64,000 bases of DNA from Gammaproteobacteria bacterium (GCA_965221955.1 CBDCTA010000022.1:160001-224000); one strand, 5' to 3'. Counted from the stretch's first letter, positions 38,665-53,814 are shown. The notes: generated by a model not told the origin, from the letters alone. Numbers and translations: made by a program.

Positions 38665-38955
38665 TGGTTAAATATTAGTCAGAATCTATGGAGAGCTTTC
38701 GTCATTGATAATTAATTTTTCTCGCAGGGAAAACAGCTTCTAATAGCAAATAATTCCTTAGTTATATACTATTACCCTCATAATAAAAAAGAATAACAAT
38801 TTTACTAAAACTAAATTCGTTAACTGCAGCTCTTCTAAATATTCCAAAAAACCAATATGCATCTAAAGCCAAGTTTGAATTTGGCTAGGAGCTTTGTCGG
38901 TAAGTGAAAAATGCAGTTTAACGCATTTGGTATGTCTACAGAGGAACTAACCGCT

Positions 38956-40512
38956 ATGAAGATTGGTGTACCAAACGAAATTCATGAAAATGAATGTCGT
39001 GTCGCAATGACACCTGATACTGCTGCACGTCTCCAAAAATTAGGATACGAATGTGCAATTGAAGCTGGTGCAGGTGCAAGTGCAAACTTTACGGATCAAG
39101 CTTACAAAGATGCAGGTGTCGAAGTTGTTTCAGATACCAAGCAACTTTGGGCCAATTCAGACATTATTTTAAAAGTACGTGCTCCTGAGCAAAACGATGC
39201 ACTCGGGGTACATGAAGCTGATTTATTAAAAGACGGCGCTACACTAGCAAGCTTTATATGGCCTGCACAAAACGAAAACTTGCTGGATCAACTTAAAGCA
39301 CGTAACGCAACCGTGTTAGCAATGGATTCCGTACCACGTATTTCTCGAGCACAAAAACTCGATGCACTTTCTTCTATGGCAAATATCGCGGGTTACCGTG
39401 CTGTCATCGAAGCTTCAAATCATTTTGGTAGATTCTTCACCGGTCAAGTCACTGCTGCCGGTAAAGTTCCACCTGCAAAAGTCATGGTGATTGGAGCAGG
39501 TGTTGCAGGACTTGCAGCCATCGGTACAGCAAACGGTCTTGGTGCAATTGTACGCGCATTTGATACTCGTCCAGAAGTAAAAGAACAAGTTGAAAGTATG
39601 GGTGCACAGTTTTTAGAACTTGATTTCGAAGAAGACGAAGAAGGCGGCACTGCAGGTGGTTATGCCAAAGTGATGAGTAAAGAATTTATCGATGCAGAAA
39701 TGGCTTTGTTCCGCGAACAAGCAAAAGAAGTCGATATCATTATCACCACGGCTTTAATACCTGGAAAACCTGCACCAAAACTTATCTTGGCCGACATGGT
39801 GGAATCCATGAAGGAAGGTAGTGTGATTGTTGATTTGGCTGCCGAACAAGGAGGAAACTGTGAACTCACTGTTCCAGGTGAAGTAGCAGTGAAGCACGGC
39901 GTGACATTAATTGGTTATATGGATTTACCAAGCCGCTTGCCTACTCAGTCCAGTCAACTGTATGGTTCAAACTTATGTCATTTATTAAATGACATGACAC
40001 CTGAAAAAGATGGCAATTTAGTCGTCGATATGGAAGACGATGTCGTTCGTGGCACTACTGTAGTTAACAAAGGTGAAATTACCTGGCCACCACCTCCAAT
40101 TGCTGTATCTGCTGCACCTGCAAAACCAGCAGCCGCTGCACCCATTGTGCAAGAAGAAAAGAAAAGCAGTGGAATGGGCTTTGCAATAACGCTGCTCGTT
40201 GCAGCGGGACTGTTATGGTGGATTGGTCAATCAGCACCTGCCGAGTTTATGCAGCATTTCACCGTGTTTGTACTGTCATGCTTCATCGGTTACTGGGTAG
40301 TTTGGAACGTAACTCCCGCGTTACATACACCTCTAATGAGTGTCACCAATGCAATCAGTAGTGTGATTATTGTGGGCGCTTTATTGCAAATAGGTAGCAG
40401 TGTGGGATTAATCGTTGGACTCGCTACATTTTCAGTCTTCATAGCATCGATCAACATTGGCGGCGGATTTACAGTCACGCAGCGCATGTTGCAGATGTTT
40501 CGTAAAGATTAA
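38956..40512 (+). CDS. pntA: NAD(P) transhydrogenase subunit alpha
   Basis: MKIGVPNE...[47 protein letters not shown] before 38956. Confidence 0.97.
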   Translation: MKIGVPNEIHENECRVAMTPDTAARLQKLGYECAIEAGAGASANFTDQAYKDAGVEVVSDTKQLWANSDIILKVRAPEQNDALGVHEADLLKDGATLASFIWPAQNENLLDQLKARNATVLAMDSVPRISRAQKLDALSSMANIAGYRAVIEASNHFGRFFTGQVTAAGKVPPAKVMVIGAGVAGLAAIGTANGLGAIVRAFDTRPEVKEQVESMGAQFLELDFEEDEEGGTAGGYAKVMSKEFIDAEMALFREQAKEVDIIITTALIPGKPAPKLILADMVESMKEGSVIVDLAAEQGGNCELTVPGEVAVKHGVTLIGYMDLPSRLPTQSSQLYGSNLCHLLNDMTPEKDGNLVVDMEDDVVRGTTVVNKGEITWPPPPIAVSAAPAKPAAAAPIVQEEKKSSGMGFAITLLVAAGLLWWIGQSAPAEFMQHFTVFVLSCFIGYWVVWNVTPALHTPLMSVTNAISSVIIVGALLQIGSSVGLIVGLATFSVFIASINIGGGFTVTQRMLQMFRKD

Positions 40513-40524
40513 GGGAGTAGAACA

Positions 40525-41922
40525 ATGATAATGAATCCACAAATGTTAGGTGCAGCGTACTTAGCTGCCGGTGCTCTCTTTATTCTTAGCTTAAATGGCT
40601 TAAGTAACCAGGAATCTGCACGTAGAGGAAACTTGTGCGGCATTCTTGGAATGATCATTGCCGTAGGTGCAACCATTTTAAGTGGTGAAGTTGGCAACTT
40701 TAAAATGCTTTTCCCAGCAATGATTCTTGGCGGAATTCTTGGCGCCGTCGTTGCTATGAAAGTTGAAATGACTTCCATGCCAGAACTGGTTGCAGGTTTT
40801 CATAGCTTAGTGGGTCTTGCTGCAGTGTTAGTAGGCTTCTCAAGTTATATGGATCCTAATTCACATTTTGAAGGCGCTGAAAAAATCATTCATGAAGTTG
40901 AAGTGTATTTAGGAGTCTTTATTGGTGTGATTACCTTTACCGGCTCCATCATCGCGTTTGGAAAACTTAAAGGCATTATCAGTGGTAAACCTTTAATGTT
41001 ACCTGGACGTCATCTACTTAACTTAATCATGTTAGGCGGTTGTCTTTTCCTTGGTTATCTATTTCTTCAAGCCACTTCTCATGATGCAGGACTCACACCA
41101 TTAATCATCATGACTGTAATTGCCGGAGTTATCGGCATACATTTAGTTATGGCCATTGGTGGTGCGGATATGCCAGTAGTGGTTTCAATGTTAAATAGTT
41201 ATTCTGGTTGGGCTGCGGCTGCAACTGGTTTCATGTTAGGCAACACTGCACTCATCGTTGTCGGCTCTCTAGTGGGTTCTAGTGGTGCAATTTTGAGTTA
41301 CATCATGTGTCGTGCCATGAATCGTAAGTTCTTAAATGTAATTCTAGGTGGATTTGGTACCGGCGGCGGTGCCACTGTTGCTGCTGATGAAGGCGGTGAA
41401 GTGACATCTACTTCTGCTGCAGAACTTGCCGAAGAACTTAAAAATGCAAGCGAAGTCATCATCGTTCCAGGATATGGAATGGCGGTTGCTCAAGCACAGG
41501 GAACTGTTAGCGAGATCACTAAGAAGTTACGTGATAAAGGCGTGAATGTTCGTTTCGGTATTCACCCAGTAGCAGGTCGCTTACCTGGTCATATGAATGT
41601 ACTTCTTGCAGAAGCTAAAGTGCCTTACGACATTGTGTTAGAAATGGATGAACTTAACGATGACTTTCCTGACACTGATGTATCACTCATCATCGGTGCA
41701 AATGATATCGTGAACCCATCTGCACAAACGGATCCAAACAGTCCTATTGCAGGTATGCCGGTACTAGAAGTTTGGAAAGCCAAAACCTGTGTGGTACTCA
41801 AACGCAGTATGGCCTCAGGTTATGCAGGTGTAGACAATCCATTATTCTTAAAAGACAACACTGATATGTTATTTGGTGATGCGAAAGACAGTATGGATGA
41901 AGTGCTTAAGCATCTGGACTGA
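40525..41922 (+). CDS. pntB: NAD(P) transhydrogenase subunit beta
   Basis: [51 protein letters not shown]. Confidence 0.97.
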   Translation: MIMNPQMLGAAYLAAGALFILSLNGLSNQESARRGNLCGILGMIIAVGATILSGEVGNFKMLFPAMILGGILGAVVAMKVEMTSMPELVAGFHSLVGLAAVLVGFSSYMDPNSHFEGAEKIIHEVEVYLGVFIGVITFTGSIIAFGKLKGIISGKPLMLPGRHLLNLIMLGGCLFLGYLFLQATSHDAGLTPLIIMTVIAGVIGIHLVMAIGGADMPVVVSMLNSYSGWAAAATGFMLGNTALIVVGSLVGSSGAILSYIMCRAMNRKFLNVILGGFGTGGGATVAADEGGEVTSTSAAELAEELKNASEVIIVPGYGMAVAQAQGTVSEITKKLRDKGVNVRFGIHPVAGRLPGHMNVLLAEAKVPYDIVLEMDELNDDFPDTDVSLIIGANDIVNPSAQTDPNSPIAGMPVLEVWKAKTCVVLKRSMASGYAGVDNPLFLKDNTDMLFGDAKDSMDEVLKHLD

Positions 41923-41951
41923 TTATTCAGTTTTAGTCGAACTATTAAATC

Positions 41952-41982
41952 AAAAAAGCCGGCTCGTGAGCCGGCTTTTTTT
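41952..41982. terminator. Bidirectional terminator pntB/ispB
   Basis: aaaaaagccggctc-gt-gagccggcttttttt. Confidence 0.88.
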
Positions 41983-42059
41983 ATCTCTTCATTTTTTTTA
42001 TTTTATTTCATCAGATACTTATTCAGAAAAATATAATTGAAAATTTGCGAATAATCTTT

Positions 42060-43028
42060 TTATGCGCTACGAGCAATAGCAAAGTTTGTCAACTCAGCTA
42101 ACGCATCTCTATATCGGTTACTTGGTAATTTTTCAATTTGTTGTTTCGCGTTTTGCGCTTGCTGATTCGCTGAAGCTTCAGTGTATGCAACTGCATCCGT
42201 TGCTTCGATGACTTGCATGATTTCTTGCAAGTGCTGCTTGCCACCATTAATGATGGCATTTCGAACCATCTCAGCTGTTGAGCCATTACTATTTTTTAAC
42301 GCATGTATTAACGGTAATGTTGGTTTACCTTCTGCTAAATCATCACCGATGTTTTTACCCATTTCTTCTGATGATGCTTGGTAATCAAGCAAATCATCTT
42401 TGAGTTGAAAAGCGGTACCAATGTGCATGCCATAGTTTGCGCAAGCTTGTTCGATTTCTTTACTTTGTCTTGCCAAAATCGCACCTAGTTGGCAAGCCGC
42501 TTCAAATAGTTTGGCTGTTTTAGATTGGATGACCATCATATAACGCTCTTCTGTTGTCTCAGGGTCATTGCAGTTTAATAACTGCATCACCTCACCTTCC
42601 GCAATCGTATTCGATGCACGTGCAAGAATTTCCATCACACGCATTTCTCCTACATCAACCATCATTTCAAATGAACGAGAAAATACAAAGTCTCCCACTA
42701 AAACGGTTGTCTCGTTTCCCCAAATAGAATTTGCAGTTTCATTGCCACGACGCATACTGGATTCATCTACAACATCATCATGTAAAAGTGTTGCGGTATG
42801 AATAAACTCAATGATCGCTGCGACTAAATAATGTTTATCACCTTCGTAACCACAAGCCTTAGCACACAAAATCGCTAACATGGGACGCAAACGTTTACCC
42901 CCACTATTTATAATGTAATTTGCCATCTCATTAATCAACGCAACATCCGAATGTAAATACTGGCGAATAGCTGCATTGACCCCTTGCATATCCTCTTCAA
43001 CGAGGGCTTGAACACTTTTAAAATCCAT
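42060..43028 (-). CDS. ispB: Octaprenyl diphosphate synthase
   Basis: GGKRLRP, HTATLLHDDVVD, FQLKDD, GDDLAEGKPTLP; divergent from rplU. Confidence 0.95.
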   Translation of the reverse strand: MDFKSVQALVEEDMQGVNAAIRQYLHSDVALINEMANYIINSGGKRLRPMLAILCAKACGYEGDKHYLVAAIIEFIHTATLLHDDVVDESSMRRGNETANSIWGNETTVLVGDFVFSRSFEMMVDVGEMRVMEILARASNTIAEGEVMQLLNCNDPETTEERYMMVIQSKTAKLFEAACQLGAILARQSKEIEQACANYGMHIGTAFQLKDDLLDYQASSEEMGKNIGDDLAEGKPTLPLIHALKNSNGSTAEMVRNAIINGGKQHLQEIMQVIEATDAVAYTEASANQQAQNAKQQIEKLPSNRYRDALAELTNFAIARSA

Positions 43029-43128
43029 ATTGGCTAGGTTAGGCTTAGTTTTATGTACTCGGAATAGTTATTTAGACTGTTTTTTTAGGTATATCATTAC
43101 TATACATGTGAATTCGAGGCATATTTGA

Positions 43129-43163
43129 TTGACCCATCAGAGGTGTATCGCTAGAATTGCGCC
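43129..43163 (+). promoter_or_regulatory. Sigma70 promoter of rplU-rpmA with GC-rich discriminator
   Basis: TTGACC-N17-TAGAAT-tgcgcc. Confidence 0.75.
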
Positions 43164-43196
43164 TCTTTTTTAGACCCCATTACGGAGAAAACCAAG

Positions 43197-43508
43197 GTGT
43201 ACGCAATTATCGCCACTGGCGGCAAACAATACCGTGTCCAGGAAGGAGACCATATCAGGGTTGAAAAACTTGCGGGTGATCCTGGCGAGAAAGTTGAATT
43301 TAATCAAGTACTTTTACTATCAGATGGCGAAGATGTAACCATTGGAGCACCTTACGTTGAAGGTAGCAAAGTAATGGGTGAAGTTGAAGAACAAGCGCGT
43401 GCTAAGAAAATTGAAATCATCAAATTCAAACGTCGCAAGCATCACATGAAGCGTATGGGGCATCGTCAATTTTTTACTCAAGTAAAGATAACCGGAATTT
43501 CTAAGTAG
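43197..43508 (+). CDS. rplU: 50S ribosomal protein L21
   Basis: YAIIATGGKQYRV...KFKRRKH...GHRQ; GTG start. Confidence 0.98.
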   Translation: MYAIIATGGKQYRVQEGDHIRVEKLAGDPGEKVEFNQVLLLSDGEDVTIGAPYVEGSKVMGEVEEQARAKKIEIIKFKRRKHHMKRMGHRQFFTQVKITGISK

Positions 43509-43537
43509 AATCGATATTTGTAATTAAAGGATAGGTT

Positions 43538-43798
43538 ATGGCACATAAAAAAGCAGGTGGTAGTACTCGTAACGGTCGCGATTCAGAGTCTAAACGACTT
43601 GGTGTAAAACGTTATGGTGGTGAAGAAGTCCTTGCAGGAAATATTATTGTTCGCCAACGAGGCACACAGTTTCACCCCGGTGTAAATGTAGGCTGCGGTA
43701 AAGACCATACCTTATATGCTAAAGCAGATGGTAAAGTAGTTTTTGAAACTAAAGGCCCGAAAAACCGAAAATATGTTCGCATTGAAGCGGTGCAATAA
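43538..43798 (+). CDS. rpmA: 50S ribosomal protein L27
   Basis: [24 protein letters not shown]. Confidence 0.99.
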   Translation: MAHKKAGGSTRNGRDSESKRLGVKRYGGEEVLAGNIIVRQRGTQFHPGVNVGCGKDHTLYAKADGKVVFETKGPKNRKYVRIEAVQ

Positions 43799-43821
43799 AT
43801 ACTTATTACATTATTTAAGTT

Positions 43822-43850
43822 AAAGCCCCGCATCGTCGGGGCTTTTTTTT
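43822..43850 (+). terminator. Intrinsic terminator after rpmA
   Basis: aaagccccg-catcgt-cggggctttttttt. Confidence 0.88.
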
Positions 43851-43874
43851 GCTCCGATTTACTAACTGTTCTTA

Positions 43875-46157
<2,283 letters not shown>

Positions 46158-46171
46158 AAACTTAAAGGAAT

Positions 46172-46432
46172 TTACATTGCTTTAATACGGGCATTCAATC
46201 GACTCTTATGACGTGCAGCTTTATTCGCATGAATAAGTTTTTTGCTGACTGAGGAATCGATCACAGGAACCGCTGCTTTATAAGCTTGCGTTGCGGCATC
46301 CTTATCACCCGCATCAATCAACTTCACTACAGCCTTAATTTTAGTTCTCAAGTGAGAACGCTGTCCTGCATTGTGTAAGCGGTTTTTAATCGCCTGGCGG
46401 GCACGTTTTTTTGCTGATTGAATATTGGCCAA
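46172..46432 (-). CDS. rpsT: 30S ribosomal protein S20
   Basis: [12 protein letters not shown]...[13 protein letters not shown]; TTG start. Confidence 0.98.
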   Translation of the reverse strand: MANIQSAKKRARQAIKNRLHNAGQRSHLRTKIKAVVKLIDAGDKDAATQAYKAAVPVIDSSVSKKLIHANKAARHKSRLNARIKAM

Positions 46433-46488
46433 AGTAAATCCTAATTCTTATATATATTTGAGATATAGTTGTTCCGTTCGGGTCGCGT

Positions 46489-46517
46489 ACTATGGTAGTA
46501 AGATAAAAAAATGTCAA
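46489..46517 (-). promoter_or_regulatory. Sigma70 promoter of rpsT
   Basis: Minus strand TTGACA-N17-CATAGT followed by GC-rich acgcgaccc. Confidence 0.7.
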
Positions 46518-46538
46518 CCCCAGTAAATCTAGCCTAGG

Positions 46539-46577
46539 GCCTTATTTACCCCCTAATTTAGCCTTATTTACCCCCTA
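46539..46577 (+). repeat. Tandem 17-bp direct repeat upstream of murJ
   Basis: gccttatttacccccta at 46539 and 46561 (22-bp period). Confidence 0.8.
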
Positions 46578-46589
46578 TAATTACCCCCA

Positions 46590-48152
46590 ATGGCAGAACA
46601 TCGCGCTCTTTTCAAGTCTACCGCCGTCATCAGTGCGATGACCTTTATCTCCCGGATTTTTGGCTATATCCGCGATGCTGTAATTTTCATCTTCTTGGGT
46701 GCTACGGGGAGTACGGATGCCTTTTTTGTAGCATTTCGTATCCCAAATTTTTTACGTAGATTATTTGCTGAAGGGGCATTTTCACAGGCCTTCGTGCCAG
46801 TATTGTCTGAATATAAAGAAAAGCACTCTCAGCAAGAGCTCAAAAGTCTAGTTAACCACGTTTCAGGTGTTCTAAGTCTAATCTTATTGCTCATTACAAT
46901 ATTGGGTGTTTTAACCGCACCACTACTTATATATATATTTGCCCCTGGATTTGCAGATGAGCCTCAACGCTTTGACTTGGCAGGCCAAATGCTACGCATT
47001 ACTTTTCCATATATATTATTTATATCTTTAACTGCATTATCTGCAGGGATTTTAAATACATTTAATCAATTTGCAGTCCCGGCATTTACCCCAACTTTCC
47101 TAAACCTTTCCTTAATTGCAGTTACTTTATGGTTAGCGCCAAGATTTGATCAACCAGTTATCGCGCTGGCGTGGGGAGTATTCATCGCTGGTGTAGCTCA
47201 GTTATTGTTTCAAATTCCATTTTTATATCGTTTGGGCTTACTGCCTAAATTTTCATTACACGGTGCATCAGATGGAGTTAAAAAAATTGGGCGACTCATG
47301 CTACCCGCCATATTTGGCTCATCCGTTGTTCAAATCAATATCATTATTAATACGATGATTGCATCATTCTTAATCGCAGGAAGTATTAGTTGGTTATATA
47401 TATCCGATCGTTTTGTGGAACTCCCTTTAGCCATTTTTGGCGTAGCTACCGCAACTGTAATTTTGCCGCGCCTTTCCAGACAGTATGTGAATCAATCTGC
47501 AGAAGATTTTAATCAAACACTCGAATGGGCACTGAAACTTTCGATCTTTATTGCTTTACCAAGTGCAGTGGGATTAATTTTATTGGCGAAACCAATTTTA
47601 ACCTCTCTTATTCAGTACCGTGAGTTCACTTCACACGATACCAACATGGCTTCTCTTAGTTTAATGACTTATGCATTAGGTTTACCCGCATTCATATTAA
47701 TAAAGGTACTAGCACCTGGGTTTTATTCTCGTCAGGACACGAAAACCCCTGTTAAAATTGGAATCATTGCGATGTTCTGTAACATTGTTCTAAACCTAGC
47801 TTTTTTATGGGTTTGGATAAAATATAATTTACCCGGACCTCATGCGGCCCTCGCGCTGGCCACTTCAATTTCAGCTTATATCAATGCACTCTTATTATTC
47901 AGAATACTGAAAAATTCTGTGGCCGTCTCATTTCAAACTCATTGGTTTAGATATCTAGCTAAAATTACCGGAGCCTCACTAGTGATGCTATTAATACTCT
48001 TGCAGGTATTACCTGAGGCTTCCCAATGGTTTGCTTGGAGTGGTATTTGGCGCATCACTGCCCTTTTGGGCTTTATGCTACTAGGGTCATTGCTGTATAT
48101 TGGCGCGCTGACCTTATTTGGCATTCGTAAAAAAGATTTTATACTTCAATAA
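46590..48152 (+). CDS. murJ: Lipid II flippase MurJ
   Basis: SRIFGYIRD, DAFFVAFRIPNFLRRLFAEGAFSQAFVP, FYSRQDTKTP. Confidence 0.97.
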   Translation: MAEHRALFKSTAVISAMTFISRIFGYIRDAVIFIFLGATGSTDAFFVAFRIPNFLRRLFAEGAFSQAFVPVLSEYKEKHSQQELKSLVNHVSGVLSLILLLITILGVLTAPLLIYIFAPGFADEPQRFDLAGQMLRITFPYILFISLTALSAGILNTFNQFAVPAFTPTFLNLSLIAVTLWLAPRFDQPVIALAWGVFIAGVAQLLFQIPFLYRLGLLPKFSLHGASDGVKKIGRLMLPAIFGSSVVQINIIINTMIASFLIAGSISWLYISDRFVELPLAIFGVATATVILPRLSRQYVNQSAEDFNQTLEWALKLSIFIALPSAVGLILLAKPILTSLIQYREFTSHDTNMASLSLMTYALGLPAFILIKVLAPGFYSRQDTKTPVKIGIIAMFCNIVLNLAFLWVWIKYNLPGPHAALALATSISAYINALLLFRILKNSVAVSFQTHWFRYLAKITGASLVMLLILLQVLPEASQWFAWSGIWRITALLGFMLLGSLLYIGALTLFGIRKKDFILQ

Positions 48153-48165
48153 CAAGCCTATAAAC

Positions 48166-49098
48166 ATGCAGCTTATACGTCATCTATCGAACTATAAAAA
48201 AGACGCTCGAGGCTGCATCGCTACGATCGGCAATTTTGATGGCGTACACCTAGGTCATCAAAAAGTAATTAATAAACTCATTCATGAAAGCAAAACCCTG
48301 GGGTTGCCTTCTATGGTAATTGCTTTTGAACCATCTGCTAAAGAGTTTTTTCTCAAAGAAAATGCACCGCCGCGTTTAACTAATTTTCGTGAAAAATTTT
48401 CACTAATTAGAGAGCTAGGTATTGATAAATTTGTCTGCCTTAAATTTAATCGTGAGCTTGCCAGCATGTCGGCTGAAGATTTTATAAAGAAAATATTAGT
48501 TGACTCATTGGGTATAAAATATTTAACCGTTGGCGATAACTTTCGTTTTGGCAAAGACCGCAAAGGTAACTTTGCATTATTACAAGAATACGCAAATAGT
48601 CTTAGCTACGAAGTGAATGATACTGAAAGTATTATGAGTGGCGATAAGCGTATAAGTAGTACCATGGTTAGAGAATTCTTACATTCTGGCGATTTAGAGT
48701 CTGCTGCATCACTGTTAGGTCGCGATTACTCAATGTCTGGGTGCGTAGTCCATGGTGACAAGAAAGGCCGTACTATTGGCTTCCCAACTGCTAACGTTCC
48801 TATTAAACGTAAAAAATCTGCAGTCAATGGTGTATTTGCTGTAGATGTATTAGTAGAAAACGATGAGCTCGTTCAAGGAGTAGCAAATATTGGGCACCGC
48901 CCTACCGTCAGTGGTACACGTACACAGTTAGAGGTGCACTTATTTCAGTTTTCTAAGGAAATTTATGGAAAACACATCACTGTGATGTTTCAAAAAAAAC
49001 TTCGGGACGAAAAGAAATTTAATTCATTTGAAGACTTAAAACAACAAATCCAGCTTGACTCACAATCTGCGCAAAGATTTTTTGGTATTGCTGCATAA
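48166..49098 (+). CDS. ribF: Riboflavin kinase / FAD synthetase
   Basis: [35 protein letters not shown]. Start placed at MQLIR (48166). Confidence 0.97.
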   Translation: MQLIRHLSNYKKDARGCIATIGNFDGVHLGHQKVINKLIHESKTLGLPSMVIAFEPSAKEFFLKENAPPRLTNFREKFSLIRELGIDKFVCLKFNRELASMSAEDFIKKILVDSLGIKYLTVGDNFRFGKDRKGNFALLQEYANSLSYEVNDTESIMSGDKRISSTMVREFLHSGDLESAASLLGRDYSMSGCVVHGDKKGRTIGFPTANVPIKRKKSAVNGVFAVDVLVENDELVQGVANIGHRPTVSGTRTQLEVHLFQFSKEIYGKHITVMFQKKLRDEKKFNSFEDLKQQIQLDSQSAQRFFGIAA

Positions 49099-49106
49099 AT
49101 ATTTCC

Positions 49107-51938
49107 ATGGCTGATTATAAAGACACATTAAATCTACCCAAAACTTCATTTGCGATGAAAGCTAATCTCGCTCAACGTGAACCAGAAATGTTGAAAAAAT
49201 GGGGAAACGAAAATATTTACCAGCAAATTCGTGAAGCTCGCAATGGTGCACCAAGATTTATTTTGCATGATGGCCCTCCTTACGCGAACGGTGAGATTCA
49301 TATCGGCCATGCGGTAAACAAAATTCTTAAAGACATCATCATAAAAAGTAAAACACTTTCAGGATTTGATGTTCCTTATATCCCTGGATGGGACTGTCAT
49401 GGCTTACCTATTGAACATCAAGTAGAAAAGAAAATTGGTAAAGCGGGTACTAAAAAAACACATAAAGAGTTTCGTGATGCGTGCCGTGTATATGCTGAAA
49501 AACAAATAGACAAACAACGAACTGATTTTAAACGCTTAGGTATATTTGGCGATTGGGATAATCCTTACCGAACAATGGACTTTAGCTTTGAAGCCGACAT
49601 TGTCAGGGCAATTGGAAAAATTTATTCCAAAGGCCATATCGTAAGAGGTTATAAACCAGTTTATTGGAGTGTAGTCGGTGCTTCTGCCTTAGCTGAAGCT
49701 GAAGTGGAGTATAAAGATAAAACTTCTTTTGCGATCGATGTACAATTTAATTTTGATGATGAAGATGCTGTAGCAAAAAAAGTCAGTGGCATTGAAGGAG
49801 AAGGCGTAATTGCTGTTGCAATCTGGACTACTACGCCATGGACCTTGCCTTCAAATCAAGCCGTTTCATTACATCCTGAGTTAGATTATGTATTTGTAGA
49901 ATGCGAGCACGAAAATACTAAACTACGGTTGTTATTCGCCGAAGCTTTGTATGAATCATGCTTGCAAAGATACGCAATAGAGAACTATAAAATAGTTGGT
50001 AAATGTAAAGGTAAAGATCTAGAAAAACTACAGCTTCAACATCCTTTTTATAACAAAAAGGTACCCATAATTCTTGGCGAACATGTTACGACAGAGACCG
50101 GCACAGGTGCTGTACATACTGCCCCTGACCATGGCATTGATGATTTCAATGTTGGAAAAAAATATAACATCGGCACTTTAAATTTAGTAGACGATAATGG
50201 AATATTCAAAGAAGAAACAGAAATCTTTGCTGGAGAGCATGTTTACAAAGTAGATGAAAAAGTCATTGAGGCTTTAACCTACCAGAACAAGCTACTTCAT
50301 CAAGAAAAGTTCCAACACAGCTTTCCCCATTGCTGGCGCACGAAAACACCTCTTATATACAGAGCCACACCGCAGTGGTTTATCAGCATGAGTGCTAAAA
50401 ATTTATTGCATGAGGTTAACGATCAAGTTTCAAAAGTAAAGTGGATACCCGAATGGGGACAAGCACGCATAGAAGGTATGTTAGCAAGTAGTCCTGATTG
50501 GTGTATTTCTCGACAACGCACCTGGGGTGTACCAATCACATTTTTTATTGATAAAAACACCGAGCAACTACATCCAAAAACTGCAGTGTTGATCGAACAA
50601 ATAGCCCAAAAAATTGAACAAAAAGGCATGGATGCTTGGTATGAACTCGATGTAAAAGAAATTCTTGGTGACGAAGCAGATCAATATAAAAAAGTCACGG
50701 ACACATTAGATGTATGGTTTGATTCTGGGGTAACCCATTTTGCAGTCGCACAAAAGCGATTGGATGTGGATCTTGAAAGTGGCAAGATGGTCGACCTTTA
50801 TTTAGAGGGATCCGACCAGCATCGCGGGTGGTTTCAATCGTCACTAAAAACCGCTGTGGCTATGTATGGTCATGCTCCTTATCAAGAAGTACTCACGCAT
50901 GGTTTTACTGTGGATGCTGATGGCAAAAAAATGTCGAAGTCTTTAGGGAATGTTGTTGCCCCACAAAAGATATGTAATTCACTAGGTGCAGATGTATTAC
51001 GTCTTTGGGTCGCAGCAACTGACTATAGTGGCGAACTTAATGTATCAGACGAAATTCTTAAGCGCACATCAGATGCTTATCGACGTATAAGAAACACTCT
51101 GCGCTACCTATTATCTAATCTCGATGGCTTTAATCCTGATAGCGATGAAATTCCAGCCAATGAAATGGTAGCATTAGATTATTGGATTGTATGGAAAACA
51201 AATTCATTGCAAAACTTAATTAAACAGCATTACGAAAACTATCAATTTCATAACATATACCATCTTATTCATAATTTTTGTGTTTTAGAACTGGGTAGCG
51301 ATTACTTAGATATCATTAAAGATCGCCAATACACTTCTAAATCTAATAGTCATGCGCGCAAATCTGCTCAGACTGCTATGTTTCATATTGCAGAAGCATT
51401 AGTCCGTTGGATCACACCTATTTTAAGTTTCACTGCTAACGAAGCTTGGGAACACATACCCGGCGATCGCAATAAAACGATATTTACACAATTGTGGTAT
51501 GACTTAAATGAGTTTGAGACATCTGGTGATATTACTGATACAGATTGGGAAGGTATTCTTGAAACAAAAGAAAAAATTAGTAAGGAATTAGAAGGATTAA
51601 GAAACCAAAAAGAAATTGGTTCTTCACTTGATGCTGAGGTGATAGTTTGGAATGCGCCTAATTATTTAGAAAAAATCAAAAACGATGAATTGCGATTTAT
51701 ATTTATCACCTCTTATGCTGATTTAGCGACCCAAGACATTTCTAACACTGCAAAAAAGATGAAAAACGGTGATGGCATTGAATATTTTGTAGAAGTAAAA
51801 AAATCACAGCATCAAAAATGTGTGAGATGTTGGCATCATCGTGAAGAGGTGGGCACAGTTTCTCAACACCCAGAATTATGTAGCCGTTGTGTTAGCAATC
51901 TGCCTGATGGGCTGGGAGAATCTCGCAATTATGCTTAA
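49107..51938 (+). CDS. ileS: Isoleucine--tRNA ligase
   Basis: [27 protein letters not shown]-terminal CxxC...CxxC. Confidence 0.98.
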   Translation: MADYKDTLNLPKTSFAMKANLAQREPEMLKKWGNENIYQQIREARNGAPRFILHDGPPYANGEIHIGHAVNKILKDIIIKSKTLSGFDVPYIPGWDCHGLPIEHQVEKKIGKAGTKKTHKEFRDACRVYAEKQIDKQRTDFKRLGIFGDWDNPYRTMDFSFEADIVRAIGKIYSKGHIVRGYKPVYWSVVGASALAEAEVEYKDKTSFAIDVQFNFDDEDAVAKKVSGIEGEGVIAVAIWTTTPWTLPSNQAVSLHPELDYVFVECEHENTKLRLLFAEALYESCLQRYAIENYKIVGKCKGKDLEKLQLQHPFYNKKVPIILGEHVTTETGTGAVHTAPDHGIDDFNVGKKYNIGTLNLVDDNGIFKEETEIFAGEHVYKVDEKVIEALTYQNKLLHQEKFQHSFPHCWRTKTPLIYRATPQWFISMSAKNLLHEVNDQVSKVKWIPEWGQARIEGMLASSPDWCISRQRTWGVPITFFIDKNTEQLHPKTAVLIEQIAQKIEQKGMDAWYELDVKEILGDEADQYKKVTDTLDVWFDSGVTHFAVAQKRLDVDLESGKMVDLYLEGSDQHRGWFQSSLKTAVAMYGHAPYQEVLTHGFTVDADGKKMSKSLGNVVAPQKICNSLGADVLRLWVAATDYSGELNVSDEILKRTSDAYRRIRNTLRYLLSNLDGFNPDSDEIPANEMVALDYWIVWKTNSLQNLIKQHYENYQFHNIYHLIHNFCVLELGSDYLDIIKDRQYTSKSNSHARKSAQTAMFHIAEALVRWITPILSFTANEAWEHIPGDRNKTIFTQLWYDLNEFETSGDITDTDWEGILETKEKISKELEGLRNQKEIGSSLDAEVIVWNAPNYLEKIKNDELRFIFITSYADLATQDISNTAKKMKNGDGIEYFVEVKKSQHQKCVRCWHHREEVGTVSQHPELCSRCVSNLPDGLGESRNYA

Positions 51939-52434
51939 ATGGTTATGGCTCACAGCACTCGTGGTTTTACTAGATCAGATTAGCAAACAAGCCGCGATAA
52001 ATTTACTCGCTTTACATGATCCTCAAACTTTTTTACCTTTTTTTAACTTCACCTTAACCTACAATAAAGGTGCTGCGTTTAGTTTTTTAAGTACAGCGGG
52101 AGGTTGGCAGCGTTGGTTTTTCACTTTATTAGCAATTGGGATAAGTATTTTCATTTTTCTTTGGCTAAAAAAATTATCTGCTAAAGAAAAACTACTCGCT
52201 GTCAGCTTGTCATTAATTTTGGGAGGTGCAATAGGTAATGTAATTGATCGCAGCCTTTATGGATATGTGATCGATTTTATAGACTGGTTTTATCCTGCTA
52301 CTGAATGTTTACCTTTTTTCTTTTCGATTAATCAAACAAGCTGTCATTGGCCGACTTTCAACTTAGCTGATTCGGCTATTTTTCTTGGCGCAGTATTAAT
52401 GATCACTCAAGCCATATTTAGCAAGGAAAGCTAA
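51931..52434 (+). CDS. lspA: Lipoprotein signal peptidase
   Basis: [40 protein letters not shown]. Start placed at MLKW (51931). Confidence 0.96.
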   Translation: MLKWLWLTALVVLLDQISKQAAINLLALHDPQTFLPFFNFTLTYNKGAAFSFLSTAGGWQRWFFTLLAIGISIFIFLWLKKLSAKEKLLAVSLSLILGGAIGNVIDRSLYGYVIDFIDWFYPATECLPFFFSINQTSCHWPTFNLADSAIFLGAVLMITQAIFSKES

Positions 52435-52439
52435 GCTTT

Positions 52440-53378
52440 ATGGAAGTATTGCTCGCCAATCCTCGTGGCTTTTGTGCTGGTGTCGACCGTGCAATTGAGA
52501 TTGTAGAGCGTGCGTTACAAATGTTTGGCGCACCCATCTATGTGAGACATGAAGTTGTACACAACAAATTTGTAGTAGATAACTTAAAAGAAAAAGGTGC
52601 TATTTTTGTAGACGAATTACGCGAAGTGCCAGACGGTTCTACCGTTATTTTTAGTGCACATGGTGTATCAAAAGCTGTACAGAATGAAGCTAAAAATAGA
52701 GATGTAAAAGTGTTTGATGCAACTTGCCCTTTAGTGACTAAAGTGCATTTAGAAGTCGCTCGTTATAGCAAATATGGTTTGGATACCATATTAATCGGTC
52801 ACAAAGGACATCCAGAAGTTGCAGGCACCATGGGGCAATATGATGATTCAAATGGTGGAAAAATCCATTTAGTTGAAAATGTTCAAGATGTTGAGTATTT
52901 AAAAGTCTCTGACACCAATAAAACTGCATTTGTTACGCAAACTACTTTATCTGTCGATGACACTAGTGATGTAATTGATGCACTACGAGATCGCTTCCCG
53001 AATATTATTGGTCCAAAAAAAGATGATATATGTTATGCCACACAAAACCGGCAAGATGCGGTTAAAAAATTAGTAGCAAACTGCGATCTTTTATTAGTGA
53101 TAGGTTCAAATTCCAGCTCAAACTCTAATCGCTTACGAGAAATCGCAGATAAAAATGGCATCGAAGCTCATCTTATCGATGGCCCTGAATATATTCAAAA
53201 TGACTGGCTAGAAAATAAAAATAAAGTGGGTGTCACAGCAGGTGCATCCGCCCCCGAAGTTTTAGTACAACGCGTAATTCAGTTTTTAAAGGAAAAAAAC
53301 AAAGCAATAATTACTGAAGACATTGGGAAAACTGAAAACGTTGTTTTCCCACTACCAAAAATTTTTAGAAAACATTGA
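52440..53378 (+). CDS. ispH: 4-hydroxy-3-methylbut-2-enyl diphosphate reductase
   Basis: [34 protein letters not shown]. Confidence 0.98.
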   Translation: MEVLLANPRGFCAGVDRAIEIVERALQMFGAPIYVRHEVVHNKFVVDNLKEKGAIFVDELREVPDGSTVIFSAHGVSKAVQNEAKNRDVKVFDATCPLVTKVHLEVARYSKYGLDTILIGHKGHPEVAGTMGQYDDSNGGKIHLVENVQDVEYLKVSDTNKTAFVTQTTLSVDDTSDVIDALRDRFPNIIGPKKDDICYATQNRQDAVKKLVANCDLLLVIGSNSSSNSNRLREIADKNGIEAHLIDGPEYIQNDWLENKNKVGVTAGASAPEVLVQRVIQFLKEKNKAIITEDIGKTENVVFPLPKIFRKH

Positions 53379-53385
53379 TTAATAT

Positions 53386-53814
53386 CTACCAGCACTCTGC
53401 TTCACCTAAACCATTACCATTTTCAGCGCCTTTTTGTTGTGCTTGATTAATGGTTAAATTCCCACAACGATCATTTGCTTGGGCTGTTCCAACAGCTGGT
53501 GTTGCACGAAGTGTAAAAGTTTGAAATGGTGCGGCTACAGTAGCAATAGATATTTGGTAAAAATTTTCTGGACTCGTAGTGGCAATTCCTGAGTTGGCTA
53601 TCGTTCCACTATAACGACCAAACTGAGTGTAGTGCCTTTCCATTTTTGCTGCAGCATCCATTAATGCAGCTTTAGCATCTGCTCGTCGAGTTTTTTGCAT
53701 TTGCTCTTGGTAGGAGGGATAAGCGATAGAGGTAATTATTGCAACAATTACAACGACAATCATTAATTCAATTAACGTAATTCCGCGTATTTTTTGTAAT
53801 GTAGGTTGCTTCAT
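53386..53814 (-). CDS. pilE: Type IV minor pilin, PilE-like
   Basis: G/ITLIELMIVV prepilin site, AYPSY...RRADAK, C-terminal disulfide C...CW. Confidence 0.88.
   Translation of the reverse strand: MKQPTLQKIRGITLIELMIVVVIVAIITSIAYPSYQEQMQKTRRADAKAALMDAAAKMERHYTQFGRYSGTIANSGIATTSPENFYQISIATVAAPFQTFTLRATPAVGTAQANDRCGNLTINQAQQKGAENGNGLGEAECW

Noticed and set aside
46430-46432. TTG start of rpsT as an anomaly
   Set aside because: A UUG start is the known state for rpsT in E. coli.
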